From Peptococcaceae bacterium (lineage in GTDB: Bacteria > Bacillota > UBA994): a stretch of 64,000 bases of DNA. Shown in pieces: positions 1-8,435 of the stretch. The notes under the pieces were generated by a model that was not told the DNA's origin, made no database searches, and saw nothing but the letters and a program-made list of their open reading frames with translations. A program made the translations under genes and the position numbers. Position 1 is the stretch's first letter; each line of letters begins with the position of its first letter. Where the stretch lies: positions 7,612 through 71,611 of the forward strand of contig JAGXSS010000052.1 in assembly GCA_018334055.1 (NCBI GenBank). Reading direction: 5' to 3'.

Positions 1-204
1 TAGGTTGACGGTAATGCGGCGTGTAGGGATAGAGAAGCCGCAATTTTTTACCGCAGCCCGCACTCTCTCCTTTGCCTCACGCACAGCCAGGTCGGGTAGG
101 CCGACGATGTCAAAGCTTGGCAGTCCCAGCGCGACATCGACTTCCACCTCCACCAAGTAGCCATCTAGGCCATAGACGGTAGCACCCAAAACCCGAGCTA
201 ACAA
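1..204 (-). CDS. comM: Mg-chelatase-related AAA+ protein ComM/YifB, N-terminal 68 codons only; the gene runs off the window edge
   Basis: The minus-strand frame ending at position 1 translates to (M)[67 protein letters not shown], the typical ComM/YifB N-terminus. The likely start is TTG at 202-204 with GGGGGTG upstream. The frame is open to the window edge. This gene is not in the ORF track. Confidence 0.6.
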   Translation of the reverse strand, partial: MLARVLGATVYGLDGYLVEVEVDVALGLPSFDIVGLPDLAVREAKERVRAAVKNCGFSIPTRRITVNL

Positions 205-299
205 TAAAGCACCCCCATGAGCTACAGCTCTTCTCTGAACATTTGTTCGCCAAAAAGCAAAAAAGTCCTGCCTGTGACAGAACTTTTTCTACGACGCCC

Positions 300-494
300 C
301 TAGAAGTAATTCTCCCAAGGAGCCATGGCAACCACACAGGCCACAAAGACTATGCCATCGATAATCGTGGGGCGGACGAGTAAGCGCACCCCCTGCACGC
401 CGACGACGACAGCCAGCGCATAATAATGAAGATCATACCCCTCTGCTTTCCATGGTCTCGCTTGACGGGAACGGCAGTAGTGTCTGGCCTTCAT
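300..494 (-). CDS. small hydrophobic hypothetical protein, about 64 aa
   Basis: ATG at 492-494 is preceded by a perfect AAGGAGG 7 nt upstream (plus 502-508). The product MKARHYCRSRQARPWKAEGYDLHYYALAVVVGVQGVRLLVRPTIIDGIVFVACVVAMAPWENYF has a hydrophobic core. It lies between yraN and comM where B. subtilis has small ylq genes. No recognisable family. Confidence 0.4.
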   Translation of the reverse strand: MKARHYCRSRQARPWKAEGYDLHYYALAVVVGVQGVRLLVRPTIIDGIVFVACVVAMAPWENYF

Positions 495-551
495 GCCCAT
501 TCCTCCTTTGCCTGCTCTAGCCTATGCGGGAGAGAAGGAATGTGTAACACC

Positions 552-914
552 CTACGGCCCGAGGATGTCGGGGAAGATTTCGAAAACGGGCTCGGAGCCC
601 GGCAGATGGATGATGCAGAGGGCATCAATCTTGATCGGCCGAAAATCTGCCCTTTCAGAGTCAAGAAGATACTGGGCAATGGCCGCACGAAGATTTTGCA
701 GTTTGCGTTTCGTAATTGCCTCTGCCGGATGCCCCTGATCAAGATCCGTGCGGTACTTCACTTCAATAAAAATAAGCACCCCGTCTTTTCGGGCGACCAG
801 GTCGATTTCACCACGCGGGGTACGAAAGTTACTGGTTATAATTTGGTAACCCTGCTTAATAAGATACTGCCGAGCCAGGGCCTCGCCTCGATCCCCCAAC
901 TGCTTGTTATGCAT
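552..914 (-). CDS. yraN: YraN family (UPF0102) predicted endonuclease
   Basis: The product from MHNKQLGDRGEALARQYL... contains the conserved GEIDLVAR...LIFIEVKYR motifs. The start overlaps the rnhB stop by 8 nt. Confidence 0.8.
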   Translation of the reverse strand: MHNKQLGDRGEALARQYLIKQGYQIITSNFRTPRGEIDLVARKDGVLIFIEVKYRTDLDQGHPAEAITKRKLQNLRAAIAQYLLDSERADFRPIKIDALCIIHLPGSEPVFEIFPDILGP

Positions 915-1542
915 AAGTGTTATCCAGAAAGCCAAGGAAAGAGCTTCTGTGCAGGGCACAGGCCCCATGTTGCCTTAAAGCCTGGCGATGCTGTGCCGTA
1001 CCGTAACCCTTGTTGGCGGCAAACCCGTAATGCCTGTACTCATCGTCTACCAAGGTCATAAAATTGTCCCTATATACTTTGGCCACAATGCTGGCCGCAG
1101 CGATGGTGAAGGATTTGCTGTCTCCACGCACGATTGCCGTTTGCGGAAGATGCGCCTCAGGCAAAGCAAACGCATCTAGCAGGAGATAGTCAGGGGAAAG
1201 TTTGGGTATAATCTCCATCTGGCAACTCTTGACTGCGGCAACTATCCCCCACTGATCGATATAATCTTGGTCCCTACTTGCCAAGGCAAAACTGATAGCT
1301 GCTGACCGAATGACGCCATCGGCTTGAGAACGCCTCGTGGCGCTCTGCGCTTTCGAGTCTCTGATGCCAGGCAGATGTGTGCCCGGAGAGAAGATAACGC
1401 CGGCTACCGTCACCGGCCCTGCGAGAGCGCCCCGCCCCACCTCGTCCATACCGAGGAGCCGGCGGTAGCCTTCTGCCCAAAGGGCATCTTCCAGCACCCG
1501 CATCCGTAGGTCCTGCTCTGCTCTGTGCGAGTCGCTAGGCAT
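907..1542 (-). CDS. rnhB: ribonuclease HII
   Basis: GMDEVGRGALAGPVTVAGV catalytic N-terminal motif. ATG at 1540-1542 overlaps the rbgA stop. Follows rbgA as in B. subtilis. Confidence 0.9.
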   Translation of the reverse strand: MPSDSHRAEQDLRMRVLEDALWAEGYRRLLGMDEVGRGALAGPVTVAGVIFSPGTHLPGIRDSKAQSATRRSQADGVIRSAAISFALASRDQDYIDQWGIVAAVKSCQMEIIPKLSPDYLLLDAFALPEAHLPQTAIVRGDSKSFTIAAASIVAKVYRDNFMTLVDDEYRHYGFAANKGYGTAQHRQALRQHGACALHRSSFLGFLDNTYA

Positions 1543-2392
1543 GGTCAGCCACATTATCCAGAGTAAAACGACCAATCGTGCCCTCGCGGAATTCACGGAG
1601 CAGTATTTCGGCGGCACGGTTTAGGTTGACCCTGCCACCCGCCTCTAAGCAGCCTCTCTGCTTACCGAGCGCTAGCAAAGCTTCTTCTGCCGAAAAGGGC
1701 AAGGCAAGGTGTAAACGAAAATGCTTTTCTAAGGCTGCGGGAAAATGTGTGGCCATAAAAAGCGTGAGCTTCATGGCAAGGTCCATGACATCAAAGCCCG
1801 CTTCCCCCACTGCGCCTGTTACGGCCAACCTAAAAGCCACCTCAGGGTCGTCAAGCCGTGGCCAAAGGAGTCCGGGGGTGTCAAGCACCTGGGTGCCATC
1901 CGGCAGGTTAATCCACTGCTTGGCCTGGGTCACACCGGGCAGGGCGCCCGTACGAGCGGCTGCCTTGCCGCAGAGGGCGTTAATAAGTGTAGATTTCCCC
2001 ACATTGGGTATACCGGCAACCATGATGCGCGCACCGCGCAAAGCTTGCCCACCCGCCTTGTCGCGTGGCAACAGCGGAGTCGCGAGGGTCTTGACCTGCT
2101 TAAGCAACTCCTTGGTGCCACGGTTTTCGCGCGGATTTACTTTCACCGCCACTATGCCTAGGCGAGCAAAGTGAGCCACAATTCGTTCAGTGGCTTGCTC
2201 GGAGGCGAGGTCGGGCTTGGTAAGCGCAATCACCCGCAGTTTATTGCCAATGATGGTTGCTAACAGCGGATTTGCGCTGGACAGAGGCACTCGGGCATCC
2301 CTCAGTTCAATAACCGCATCTACGAGGGCCACGTTTTCCTCGAGGAGACGCCGAGCCTTGGCCATATGGCCGGGATACCAGTGTATGGACAT
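1535..2392 (-). CDS. rbgA: ribosome biogenesis GTPase A (YlqF)
   Basis: N-terminus MSIHWYPGHMAKA and circularly permuted GTPase motifs (GIPNVGKSTLINAL). ATG at 2390-2392 with GAGGAGG 5 nt upstream. Confidence 0.9.
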   Translation of the reverse strand: MSIHWYPGHMAKARRLLEENVALVDAVIELRDARVPLSSANPLLATIIGNKLRVIALTKPDLASEQATERIVAHFARLGIVAVKVNPRENRGTKELLKQVKTLATPLLPRDKAGGQALRGARIMVAGIPNVGKSTLINALCGKAAARTGALPGVTQAKQWINLPDGTQVLDTPGLLWPRLDDPEVAFRLAVTGAVGEAGFDVMDLAMKLTLFMATHFPAALEKHFRLHLALPFSAEEALLALGKQRGCLEAGGRVNLNRAAEILLREFREGTIGRFTLDNVADHA

Positions 2393-2403
2393 TGGGACCT
2401 CCT

Positions 2404-2931
2404 CTAGTGCCGCATTAGCCTTAAAGCCGCAAGAGGCCAAAAAACGCCCATCGCTTTTCCTTTGACATTGCCAAGCGGCACAAAACCTACGGAAACATCA
2501 CGCGAATCAAGGCTGAAATTGCGGTTGTCACCCATGACGAAGACCGTCCCTTCGGGCACGACCTCGGGACCAAATACCCCGTGCGTGGGTGATTGCAAGT
2601 ATGGTTCGTCGAGGGCTTGGCCGTTAACAAAAACTTTACCCTCACGCACCTCGACAGTCTGCCCTTCCACAGCTACTATGCGCTTAATGAAATCTCGCCA
2701 TGGCTCTTTGGGATAGCGAAAGACAATCACATCTAAGGAGCTGGGCTCAGCTATACGGTAGGTAAACTTATTCACCAGAACTCTCTCTTCATGCAGGAGG
2801 GTCGGTTGCATCGAGTGCCCGTCTACTACATAGACCTCGACTAAAAACATCCGTATAACTAACGCTAAGATTACAGCGAGGGCAAATGCCTTGCCCCATT
2901 CAAATAATTCTGATTTCCATGTCTTGGGCAT
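2404..2931 (-). CDS. lepB: signal peptidase I
   Basis: N-terminal TM segment, catalytic Ser box (GHSMQPTL) and GDNRNFSLDSR box. Confidence 0.9.
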   Translation of the reverse strand: MPKTWKSELFEWGKAFALAVILALVIRMFLVEVYVVDGHSMQPTLLHEERVLVNKFTYRIAEPSSLDVIVFRYPKEPWRDFIKRIVAVEGQTVEVREGKVFVNGQALDEPYLQSPTHGVFGPEVVPEGTVFVMGDNRNFSLDSRDVSVGFVPLGNVKGKAMGVFWPLAALRLMRH

Positions 2932-2952
2932 GTCTTCCCTCCTAGCTGCCTA

Positions 2953-2980
2953 GTGAAAAAGGGACCACCTTGGTCCCCCA
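2953..2980 (-). terminator. rho-independent terminator downstream of rplS
   Basis: On the minus strand GGGACCA-AGG-TGGTCCC (plus 2961-2977) is followed by TTTTTCA. Confidence 0.6.
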
Positions 2981-2984
2981 TGTT

Positions 2985-3329
2985 CTACTTGCGCAAATCG
3001 CGTATGCGGGCAGCCTTGCCGGTGAGATTCTTCAGGTAGTACAATTTGGCACGGCGCACACGACCGCGACGCATGACTTCGATGCGCTCAATGCGTGGCG
3101 AATGTACGGGGAAAATTCTTTCTACACCGACGCCATATGATATGCGACGAACGGTAAAAGTTTCACGCACACTGCCCCCATGGCGGGAGATAACCATGCC
3201 CTCGAATATCTGGACGCGTTCCTTGCCGCCTTCGACGACCTTGACATGCACCTTGACGGTGTCCCCCGCTCTAAAATTTGGGATATCTTGGCGCAGTTGC
3301 ATCATTTCTATGCTCTTGAGAATTTCCAT
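2985..3329 (-). CDS. rplS: 50S ribosomal protein L19
   Basis: Full-length L19 signature ([30 protein letters not shown]...). GGAGG 7 nt upstream of the ATG. Confidence 0.95.
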   Translation of the reverse strand: MEILKSIEMMQLRQDIPNFRAGDTVKVHVKVVEGGKERVQIFEGMVISRHGGSVRETFTVRRISYGVGVERIFPVHSPRIERIEVMRRGRVRRAKLYYLKNLTGKAARIRDLRK

Positions 3330-3331
3330 TG

Positions 3332-4090
3332 TTAGTCCTCCTTTCCGTCTTCACTCATGACGGTACATAAACACTTTTTATCATCTAGACTTAAGTTGGC
3401 GGTGATGAGATCAGGACGCCGCGCTTGGGTTCGCTTGATAGATTGCCCTCGCCGCCATCTGGCAATTCGTGCATGATCACCTGACAGCAAAACCTCGGGC
3501 ACAAGTCTACCGCGAAACTCCCTAGGGCGCGTGTAGTGCGGATACTCAAGCCAACCATCACCGGCGAAAGTCTCATCCCTAGCGGACAATTCGCTCCCTA
3601 AGACGCCAGGCAACAGACGCGCCACGCAGTCTATCACTACCATGGCGGGCAATTCTCCCCCAGTCAACACATAGTCGCCGATAGATAACTCTTCATCGAC
3701 AACAAGGTCTACCACGCGCTGATCGATGCCTTCGTAGTGTCCACAGATGAGTACAAGGTGCCGCAAATTGGCGAGCTCCACCGCCTTAGCCTGGCTAAAG
3801 ATCTTTCCTGCCGGGGTCATCAAGATAACTCGGCGCTGGGTTGGCTCCATAGGGCCGCCCTCGGCCAAAGCATTTTCAACCGCGATAACCAATGGCTCCG
3901 GCTTCATGACCATACCTGCTCCGCCACCAAAGGGTGTATCATCCACGACCCGATGCTTGGAATATGCAAAATCTCGAATATTGCTGATGCTGACTGTCAA
4001 TAAGCCCTTTTCAGCAGCAATCTTCAACATACTGGCGCCGATCACCGGCACGAACATTTCCGGGAAAAGGGTGAGGACATCCACTCTCAC
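3332..4090 (-). CDS. trmD: tRNA (guanine37-N1)-methyltransferase
   Basis: [14 protein letters not shown]-terminus and SPOUT-fold motifs. Apparent GTG start immediately after the rimM stop. Confidence 0.95.
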   Translation of the reverse strand: MRVDVLTLFPEMFVPVIGASMLKIAAEKGLLTVSISNIRDFAYSKHRVVDDTPFGGGAGMVMKPEPLVIAVENALAEGGPMEPTQRRVILMTPAGKIFSQAKAVELANLRHLVLICGHYEGIDQRVVDLVVDEELSIGDYVLTGGELPAMVVIDCVARLLPGVLGSELSARDETFAGDGWLEYPHYTRPREFRGRLVPEVLLSGDHARIARWRRGQSIKRTQARRPDLITANLSLDDKKCLCTVMSEDGKED

Positions 4091-4608
4091 TCTGCGTCCA
4101 CCAAGCCTGGGGGCAGCGTAACATGCATTTCCTTTTTTTCTACATCGATAGTGCGAACCACACTCTTTAGAGCCGGAATCAAAATGTCACCTTTTTCGGC
4201 ACCCACTACATAGGCATCATTGCTACCAAGATGCAGCACGTCGCGCACGGTACCAAGCAGCAGGCCGTTCTCGTCGATGACGCGCATCCCCATAAGTTGG
4301 TAGGTGTAGTAGCTTCCAGGCGGCAGGGGCAGGACCTCACTCTCGGGCACGAGCAACTCACCGCCGACAAATTCCTGCGCCTTTTCGCGCAATGTTACCC
4401 CCTGCAAGGTCAAGACAAAAAAGCGCCCAATTGTTTTGACTGCCACGACAGTGATGGGCCTAGTAGCACCATCCTTGCGCCAGAGTAGGCTACTCCCAGG
4501 CAGGCGTGCGAATCTTTCGGGGTGATCCGAAAAAGATTTCACTTTCACTTCGCCTTTGATGCCGTGCACGCCCGTAACTAGGGCGATGCAGATGAGCCGA
4601 GGTTCCAT
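4087..4608 (-). CDS. rimM: 16S rRNA processing protein RimM
   Basis: GVHGIKGEVKVKSFSDHPERF RimM N-domain followed by a PRC barrel. Canonical position between ylqC and trmD. Confidence 0.9.
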   Translation of the reverse strand: MEPRLICIALVTGVHGIKGEVKVKSFSDHPERFARLPGSSLLWRKDGATRPITVVAVKTIGRFFVLTLQGVTLREKAQEFVGGELLVPESEVLPLPPGSYYTYQLMGMRVIDENGLLLGTVRDVLHLGSNDAYVVGAEKGDILIPALKSVVRTIDVEKKEMHVTLPPGLVDAE

Positions 4609-4632
4609 TTTCTCACCTAATTCCGTAACTTA

Positions 4633-4857
4633 TTAGCTGATTTCGAGAAAAATCTTTTCGTCACTATGATGGGCGGCTTTGAGCACCGTACGCATGGCTT
4701 TAGCTATACGCCCTTGCTTGCCAATAACTTTGCCCACGTCCTCGGGTGCGACGGTTAGCCGCAAAACAAGACCTTCTTCGTTACGTTCTTCGGACACAGT
4801 CACTTGATCCTGATGCACCACAAGGCTTTTCGCCAGGAACAAAACCAACTCTCGCAT
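4633..4857 (-). CDS. ylqC: KH-domain RNA-binding protein (YlqC/KhpA-like)
   Basis: About 75 aa product with the KH GxxG motif (VIGKQGRIAKAMRTVLKA). ATG at 4855-4857 with GGGGGTGA RBS. Located between rpsP and rimM. Confidence 0.85.
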   Translation of the reverse strand: MRELVLFLAKSLVVHQDQVTVSEERNEEGLVLRLTVAPEDVGKVIGKQGRIAKAMRTVLKAAHHSDEKIFLEIS

Positions 4858-4875
4858 TTTTGTCACCCCCTGCCT

Positions 4876-5127
4876 CTAGGACTTCTCCAGTAGGCCTGCT
4901 TTGTAAAAAATGCTGCGCACGGTGTCAGACATTTGAACCCCCTGCTTCATCCAGTAGTCCGCCCTTTCGCGATCTATCTCTACGGCAGCGGGATTGAGGG
5001 TTGGGTTGTAGTAGCCTATTTCTTCCACAAAACGCCCGTCCCTCGGTGCGCGGGAGTCTGCTACCACTAAACGGTAGAAGGGAGATTTTTTGGCGCCCAT
5101 TCTCTTTAACCTGATCTTTGTTGACAT
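4876..5127 (-). CDS. rpsP: 30S ribosomal protein S16
   Basis: [33 protein letters not shown]... S16 signature. ATG at 5125-5127 with AAAGGAGGTGA upstream. Confidence 0.9.
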   Translation of the reverse strand: MSTKIRLKRMGAKKSPFYRLVVADSRAPRDGRFVEEIGYYNPTLNPAAVEIDRERADYWMKQGVQMSDTVRSIFYKAGLLEKS

Positions 5128-5151
5128 ATGTGTCACCTCCTTTCATGTCTC

Positions 5152-6483
5152 TTACATCAAGGGGAATTTCATTTTACCCCCGTGCCTACCCTTGTCAGTA
5201 AGGCTTTTGACAAGCTTTTTGGCATGTTCGAATTCTTTGAGCATGCGATTGACTTCCTGCACCGAAGTACCACTGCCTTTGGCGATGCGTCTGCGCCTGC
5301 TGCCATCAAGGAGCTCTGGTTTTCGGCGCTCCTTTATCGTCATGGAACAAATTATCGCCTCTATACTTTTGAGCTTCTTTTCGCCTAACTCAATGTCCTT
5401 AACCTGCTTAGCGGCCGAAAAACCAGGTATCATACCCATTAATTGCTCGAGTGAACCAATTTTCTTGACCTGTTGCATTTGGTCAAGATAATCCTCAAGA
5501 TTAAAGGACTGCGTGCGCATTTTGCGCTCCATTTCTTCGGCCTTCTTCTGGTCAAAGGCTTGCTCCGCCTTTTCGATGAGGGACAATACGTCGCCCATGC
5601 CGAGGATGCGGGAAGCCATGCGATCAGGGTGAAACACCTCTAAAGCGTCCAACTTCTCCCCCACGCCGATGAACTTAATCGGTTTGCCTGTTACCGCTTT
5701 CACAGACAAGGCCGCCCCACCCCGAGTATCGCCGTCTAACTTGGTCATGATTATGCCGTCAATGCCCAGGGCGCTGTTAAAGCTGTTGGCTACCTGTACC
5801 GCATCCTGCCCGGTCATGCCATCCACGACAAGTAGCACTTCGTGAGGCAAAACTGCCTTTTGCACATCTTTTAGCTCCTGCATCAGCAACTCATCAATGT
5901 GCAGCCTACCGGCAGTGTCAATAATAACTAAGTCTCGGCCCTGACGCATGGCCGATTCCTTGCCTTGTCGGGCAATTTCGGCGACATTCATCTCTCCGGG
6001 CAGAGAGAAGACGGGAATATCAAGTTTTTTGCCGAGGGTCTCAAGTTGCAGAATAGCCGCCGGGCGATAGACATCACAGGCGACAAGCAGAGGAAACTTC
6101 CCCTGTTTACGCAGTAGCTGGGCCAGCTTTCCGGCCTGAGTGGTCTTGCCAGCCCCTTGCAACCCCACCAACAACAGCACCGTAGGTGGTTTAGAAGCCA
6201 TGTTAAGGCGATTCGTGGTGCCACCGAGGAGCTTGACCAATTCCTCGTGGACAATTTTAACGATTTGTTGACCGGGAGTGAGGCTTTCTAAGACTTCTCC
6301 GCCAACAGCTCGCTCCTTTATCGCACTAATAAAATCCCTGACGACCTGCAGGTTGACATCCGCAGCGAGGAGGGCCATGCGTACCTCGCGCAGGGCCAGA
6401 GAAATATCCTTTTCCGTAAGCTTTCCCTTGCCGCGCAATAATTTTAAGGCAGCTTGCAGCTTTTCACCTAACCCCGCAAACAT
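5152..6483 (-). CDS. ffh: signal recognition particle protein Ffh
   Basis: MFAGLGEKLQ N-terminus, NG domain (GLQGAGKTT, DTAGR) and a Met-rich M domain. GGAGGT RBS. The stop overlaps the rpsP region. Confidence 0.95.
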   Translation of the reverse strand: MFAGLGEKLQAALKLLRGKGKLTEKDISLALREVRMALLAADVNLQVVRDFISAIKERAVGGEVLESLTPGQQIVKIVHEELVKLLGGTTNRLNMASKPPTVLLLVGLQGAGKTTQAGKLAQLLRKQGKFPLLVACDVYRPAAILQLETLGKKLDIPVFSLPGEMNVAEIARQGKESAMRQGRDLVIIDTAGRLHIDELLMQELKDVQKAVLPHEVLLVVDGMTGQDAVQVANSFNSALGIDGIIMTKLDGDTRGGAALSVKAVTGKPIKFIGVGEKLDALEVFHPDRMASRILGMGDVLSLIEKAEQAFDQKKAEEMERKMRTQSFNLEDYLDQMQQVKKIGSLEQLMGMIPGFSAAKQVKDIELGEKKLKSIEAIICSMTIKERRKPELLDGSRRRRIAKGSGTSVQEVNRMLKEFEHAKKLVKSLTDKGRHGGKMKFPLM

Positions 6484-6493
6484 GTCCGACCTC

Positions 6494-6811
6494 CTAAAGA
6501 ATGAGTCTTTCCAAGAGAGGCACCATTTCATCTAGGCGACGACTCTCCAAAAGTGCCCTCAGGCGCTTTAGCTCTTGTTGCTGCTCGAGAAAGCGAGCCA
6601 CTAAGAGTAACTTGCTTTCATAAAGCTCAAGCTGCATCTGGGCACGACGCACCGTGTCATGCACACCCTGGCGAGTGACATTGAGCTCCGCGGCAATTTC
6701 GCCAAGCGATAAGTTTTCCTCAAAGTACAAACGACAGGACAGGAGCTGACGCGGGGTGAGCAGCGCCCCATAAAAATCTAGCAACAAGTTCATCCACACA
6801 AAATGCTCCAT
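6494..6811 (-). CDS. ylxM: UPF0122 helix-turn-helix protein YlxM (SRP-associated p13)
   Basis: LSLGEIAAELNVTRQGVHDTVRRA HTH immediately upstream of ffh. ATG at 6809-6811 with GAGGTGG 7 nt upstream. Confidence 0.85.
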   Translation of the reverse strand: MEHFVWMNLLLDFYGALLTPRQLLSCRLYFEENLSLGEIAAELNVTRQGVHDTVRRAQMQLELYESKLLLVARFLEQQQELKRLRALLESRRLDEMVPLLERLIL

Positions 6812-6843
6812 TTGCGTCCCACCTCAAGCACTTGACCTGCTCA

Positions 6844-6872
6844 AGGATACCAAGCTGTGAGGTCCTTGTCAA
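6844..6872 (-). promoter_or_regulatory. sigma-A-type promoter for ylxM-ffh
   Basis: On the minus strand TTGACA-N17-TATCCT, about 30 nt upstream of the ylxM ATG. The -35 lies inside a perfect 9-bp inverted repeat CTTGTCAAG-N8-CTTGACAAG (plus 6864-6889). Confidence 0.5.
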
Positions 6873-6900
6873 GCAAAAATACTTGACAAGAACAAGTGTT

Positions 6901-7240
6901 GGAAAGAGGGTTGAGGGGAAGGGAGGAGGTTTTTCTGCTGGAAGTGGACGGAAGATTGGGTGAAGAGGGACGAAGAAGTTTTTTTGCTCGAAGTGGGCCG
7001 TAGATGGCGCGCAGTGGGACGAAGAGGAAGGCCTTTTGCTACAGCAATACAGTATGTATCGTTCAAAAACTATTGCCATCCTCTCCTCCCTCTCCGCTTC
7101 GCCCTCTTCTCCTCGCTTCGGACCACTTCGAGCCCGTCTTCCTTCCTCTCTCCCTCTCCGCTTCGCCCTCTTCTCCTCGCTTCGGCCCACTTCGAGCCCG
7201 TATTCCTTCCTCTCGTCCCTCCTCGCTCCTGTCATCCCTC
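6901..7240. repeat. composite GC-skewed repeat, copy 1, between ylxM and ftsY: two G-rich subunits, a spacer, and two tandem 64-bp C-rich subunits that are imperfect reverse complements of the G-rich ones
   Basis: Tandem units TCCCTCTCCGCTTCGCCCTCTTCTCCTCGCTTCGG(A/C)CCACTTCGAGCCCGT(C/A)TTCCTTCCTCTC at 7087-7150 and 7151-7214. G-rich units at about 6936-6980 and 6986-7037 (for example GCTCGAAGTGGGCCG against CGGCCCACTTCGAGC). About 95% identical to copy 2 over roughly 190 bp. Confidence 0.8.
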
Positions 7241-7242
7241 GT

Positions 7243-8151
7243 CTACTCCGCGAACAATGCCGCTGCGAATTCCTGCGGGTCAAAATCACGCAGATCAGCC
7301 AACTTCTCCCCGATGCCAATCAGCTTGATAGGGATTTTCTGTTCCTTGGCAATCGCGAGGACTATGCCCCCTTTAGCTGTGCCGTCGAGCTTCGTGAGCA
7401 CAATGCCGCTCACGGGTACAATTTGCGCAAACTCCTGCGCTTGCACGAGGGCGTTTTGCCCAGTCGTGGCATCAATCACTAAAAGAATCTCTTGCAGGGC
7501 GTTCGGCGCTTCACGGTCGATGATCCGCTTAATCTTTCCTAACTCCTGCATGAGGTTAGATTTATTGTGCAATCTCCCGGCTGTGTCTATGATGAGGAGG
7601 TCTATGTGGCGAGAACGAGCGGCATGCAGGGCGTCGAAGACCACGGCGGCAGGGTCAGCCCCATCGGCATGACTAACCAAAGCAACCCCCGCCCTAGTGG
7701 CCCAAATCTGCAATTGCGAAGAAGCAGCAGCACGGAACGTATCGCCCGCTGCCACCATGACCTTTGACCCACCCTTTTTAAAGCGCTCGGCAAGCTTACC
7801 AATGGTGGTTGTCTTCCCCACCCCGTTCACCCCAACTACCAAGTAAACATTGAGTGTGTCCTCTTGGTAGCGCAGAGGTTGCTTACTCCCCAGGGTTTTA
7901 CCAGCTATTTCCTGCAACAAGTGACGAAGTTCGTCGCTTGTTGCTATTTTACGCTCTTTAACTTGCTTCTTGAGCTCAGCGATCAAGTAGGCAGTCGCCT
8001 CCACTCCCACATCATGCAAGAGGAGCAATTCCTCTAGCTCTTCATATAGGCTGTCGTCAAATTTGCGACCGGTGATGACCTCAGTCAGCTTAGCCATAAA
8101 CCCTTGGCGCGTCCGCTCCAGACCCTCTTTCATGCGCTGTAGAAAGTTCAT
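7243..8151 (-). CDS. ftsY: signal recognition particle receptor FtsY
   Basis: MNFLQRMKEGLERT N-terminus and NG domain (GVNGVGKTTTIGKLA, DTAGR). AAGGAG RBS 7 nt upstream of the ATG at 8149-8151. Confidence 0.95.
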   Translation of the reverse strand: MNFLQRMKEGLERTRQGFMAKLTEVITGRKFDDSLYEELEELLLLHDVGVEATAYLIAELKKQVKERKIATSDELRHLLQEIAGKTLGSKQPLRYQEDTLNVYLVVGVNGVGKTTTIGKLAERFKKGGSKVMVAAGDTFRAAASSQLQIWATRAGVALVSHADGADPAAVVFDALHAARSRHIDLLIIDTAGRLHNKSNLMQELGKIKRIIDREAPNALQEILLVIDATTGQNALVQAQEFAQIVPVSGIVLTKLDGTAKGGIVLAIAKEQKIPIKLIGIGEKLADLRDFDPQEFAAALFAE

Positions 8152-8194
8152 ACTTTCACTCCTTGCAAACTGTATGGTTAACAAAAAACTATAC

Positions 8195-8432
8195 GGGGCG
8201 AAAAGGGAGTTTGTCTGCTCTAAGTGGACGGAAGATTGGGTGAAGGGGGACGAAGAGGAAGGCCTTCAAAAACTATTGCATCCTCTCCTCCCTCTCCGCT
8301 TCGCCCTCTACTCCTCGCTGCGGACCACTTCGAGCCCGTTTTCCTTCCTCTCTCCCTCTCCGCTTCGCCCTCTTCTCCTCGCTTCGGACCACTTCGAGCC
8401 CGTCTTCCTTCCTCTCCTCCTCTCCTCCCCTA
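8195..8432. repeat. composite GC-skewed repeat, copy 2, between smc and ftsY, in the same orientation as copy 1
   Basis: One G-rich unit at 8213-8266, spacer AAAAACTATTGCA, and two tandem C-rich 64-bp units at 8285-8348 and 8349-8412. It fills the whole smc-ftsY intergenic region. Confidence 0.8.
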
Positions 8433-8435
8433 CAC

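Noticed and set aside
110-346. 78 aa minus-strand ORF from the track at the left edge
   Set aside because: It is in a different frame from the clearly recognisable comM N-terminus (1-204) and overlaps it. It has no RBS and a low-complexity product.
6960-7672. Plus-strand ORFs 6960-7328, 7004-7672, 7036-7482 and minus ORF 6720-7319, encoding proline/serine/leucine-rich peptides (SPLRPLLLASDHFEPVFLPL...)
   Set aside because: They are translations of the tandem C-rich repeat units, which explains the identical peptide segments repeated. They have no RBS and overlap ylxM and ftsY. I treat them as repeat DNA, not genes.
6901-8432. CRISPR array hypothesis for the repeated units around ftsY
   Set aside because: The units are directly adjacent, with no unique spacers of regular length. 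They occur in both orientations, and the two loci are near-identical over the whole element. There are no cas genes in the window.
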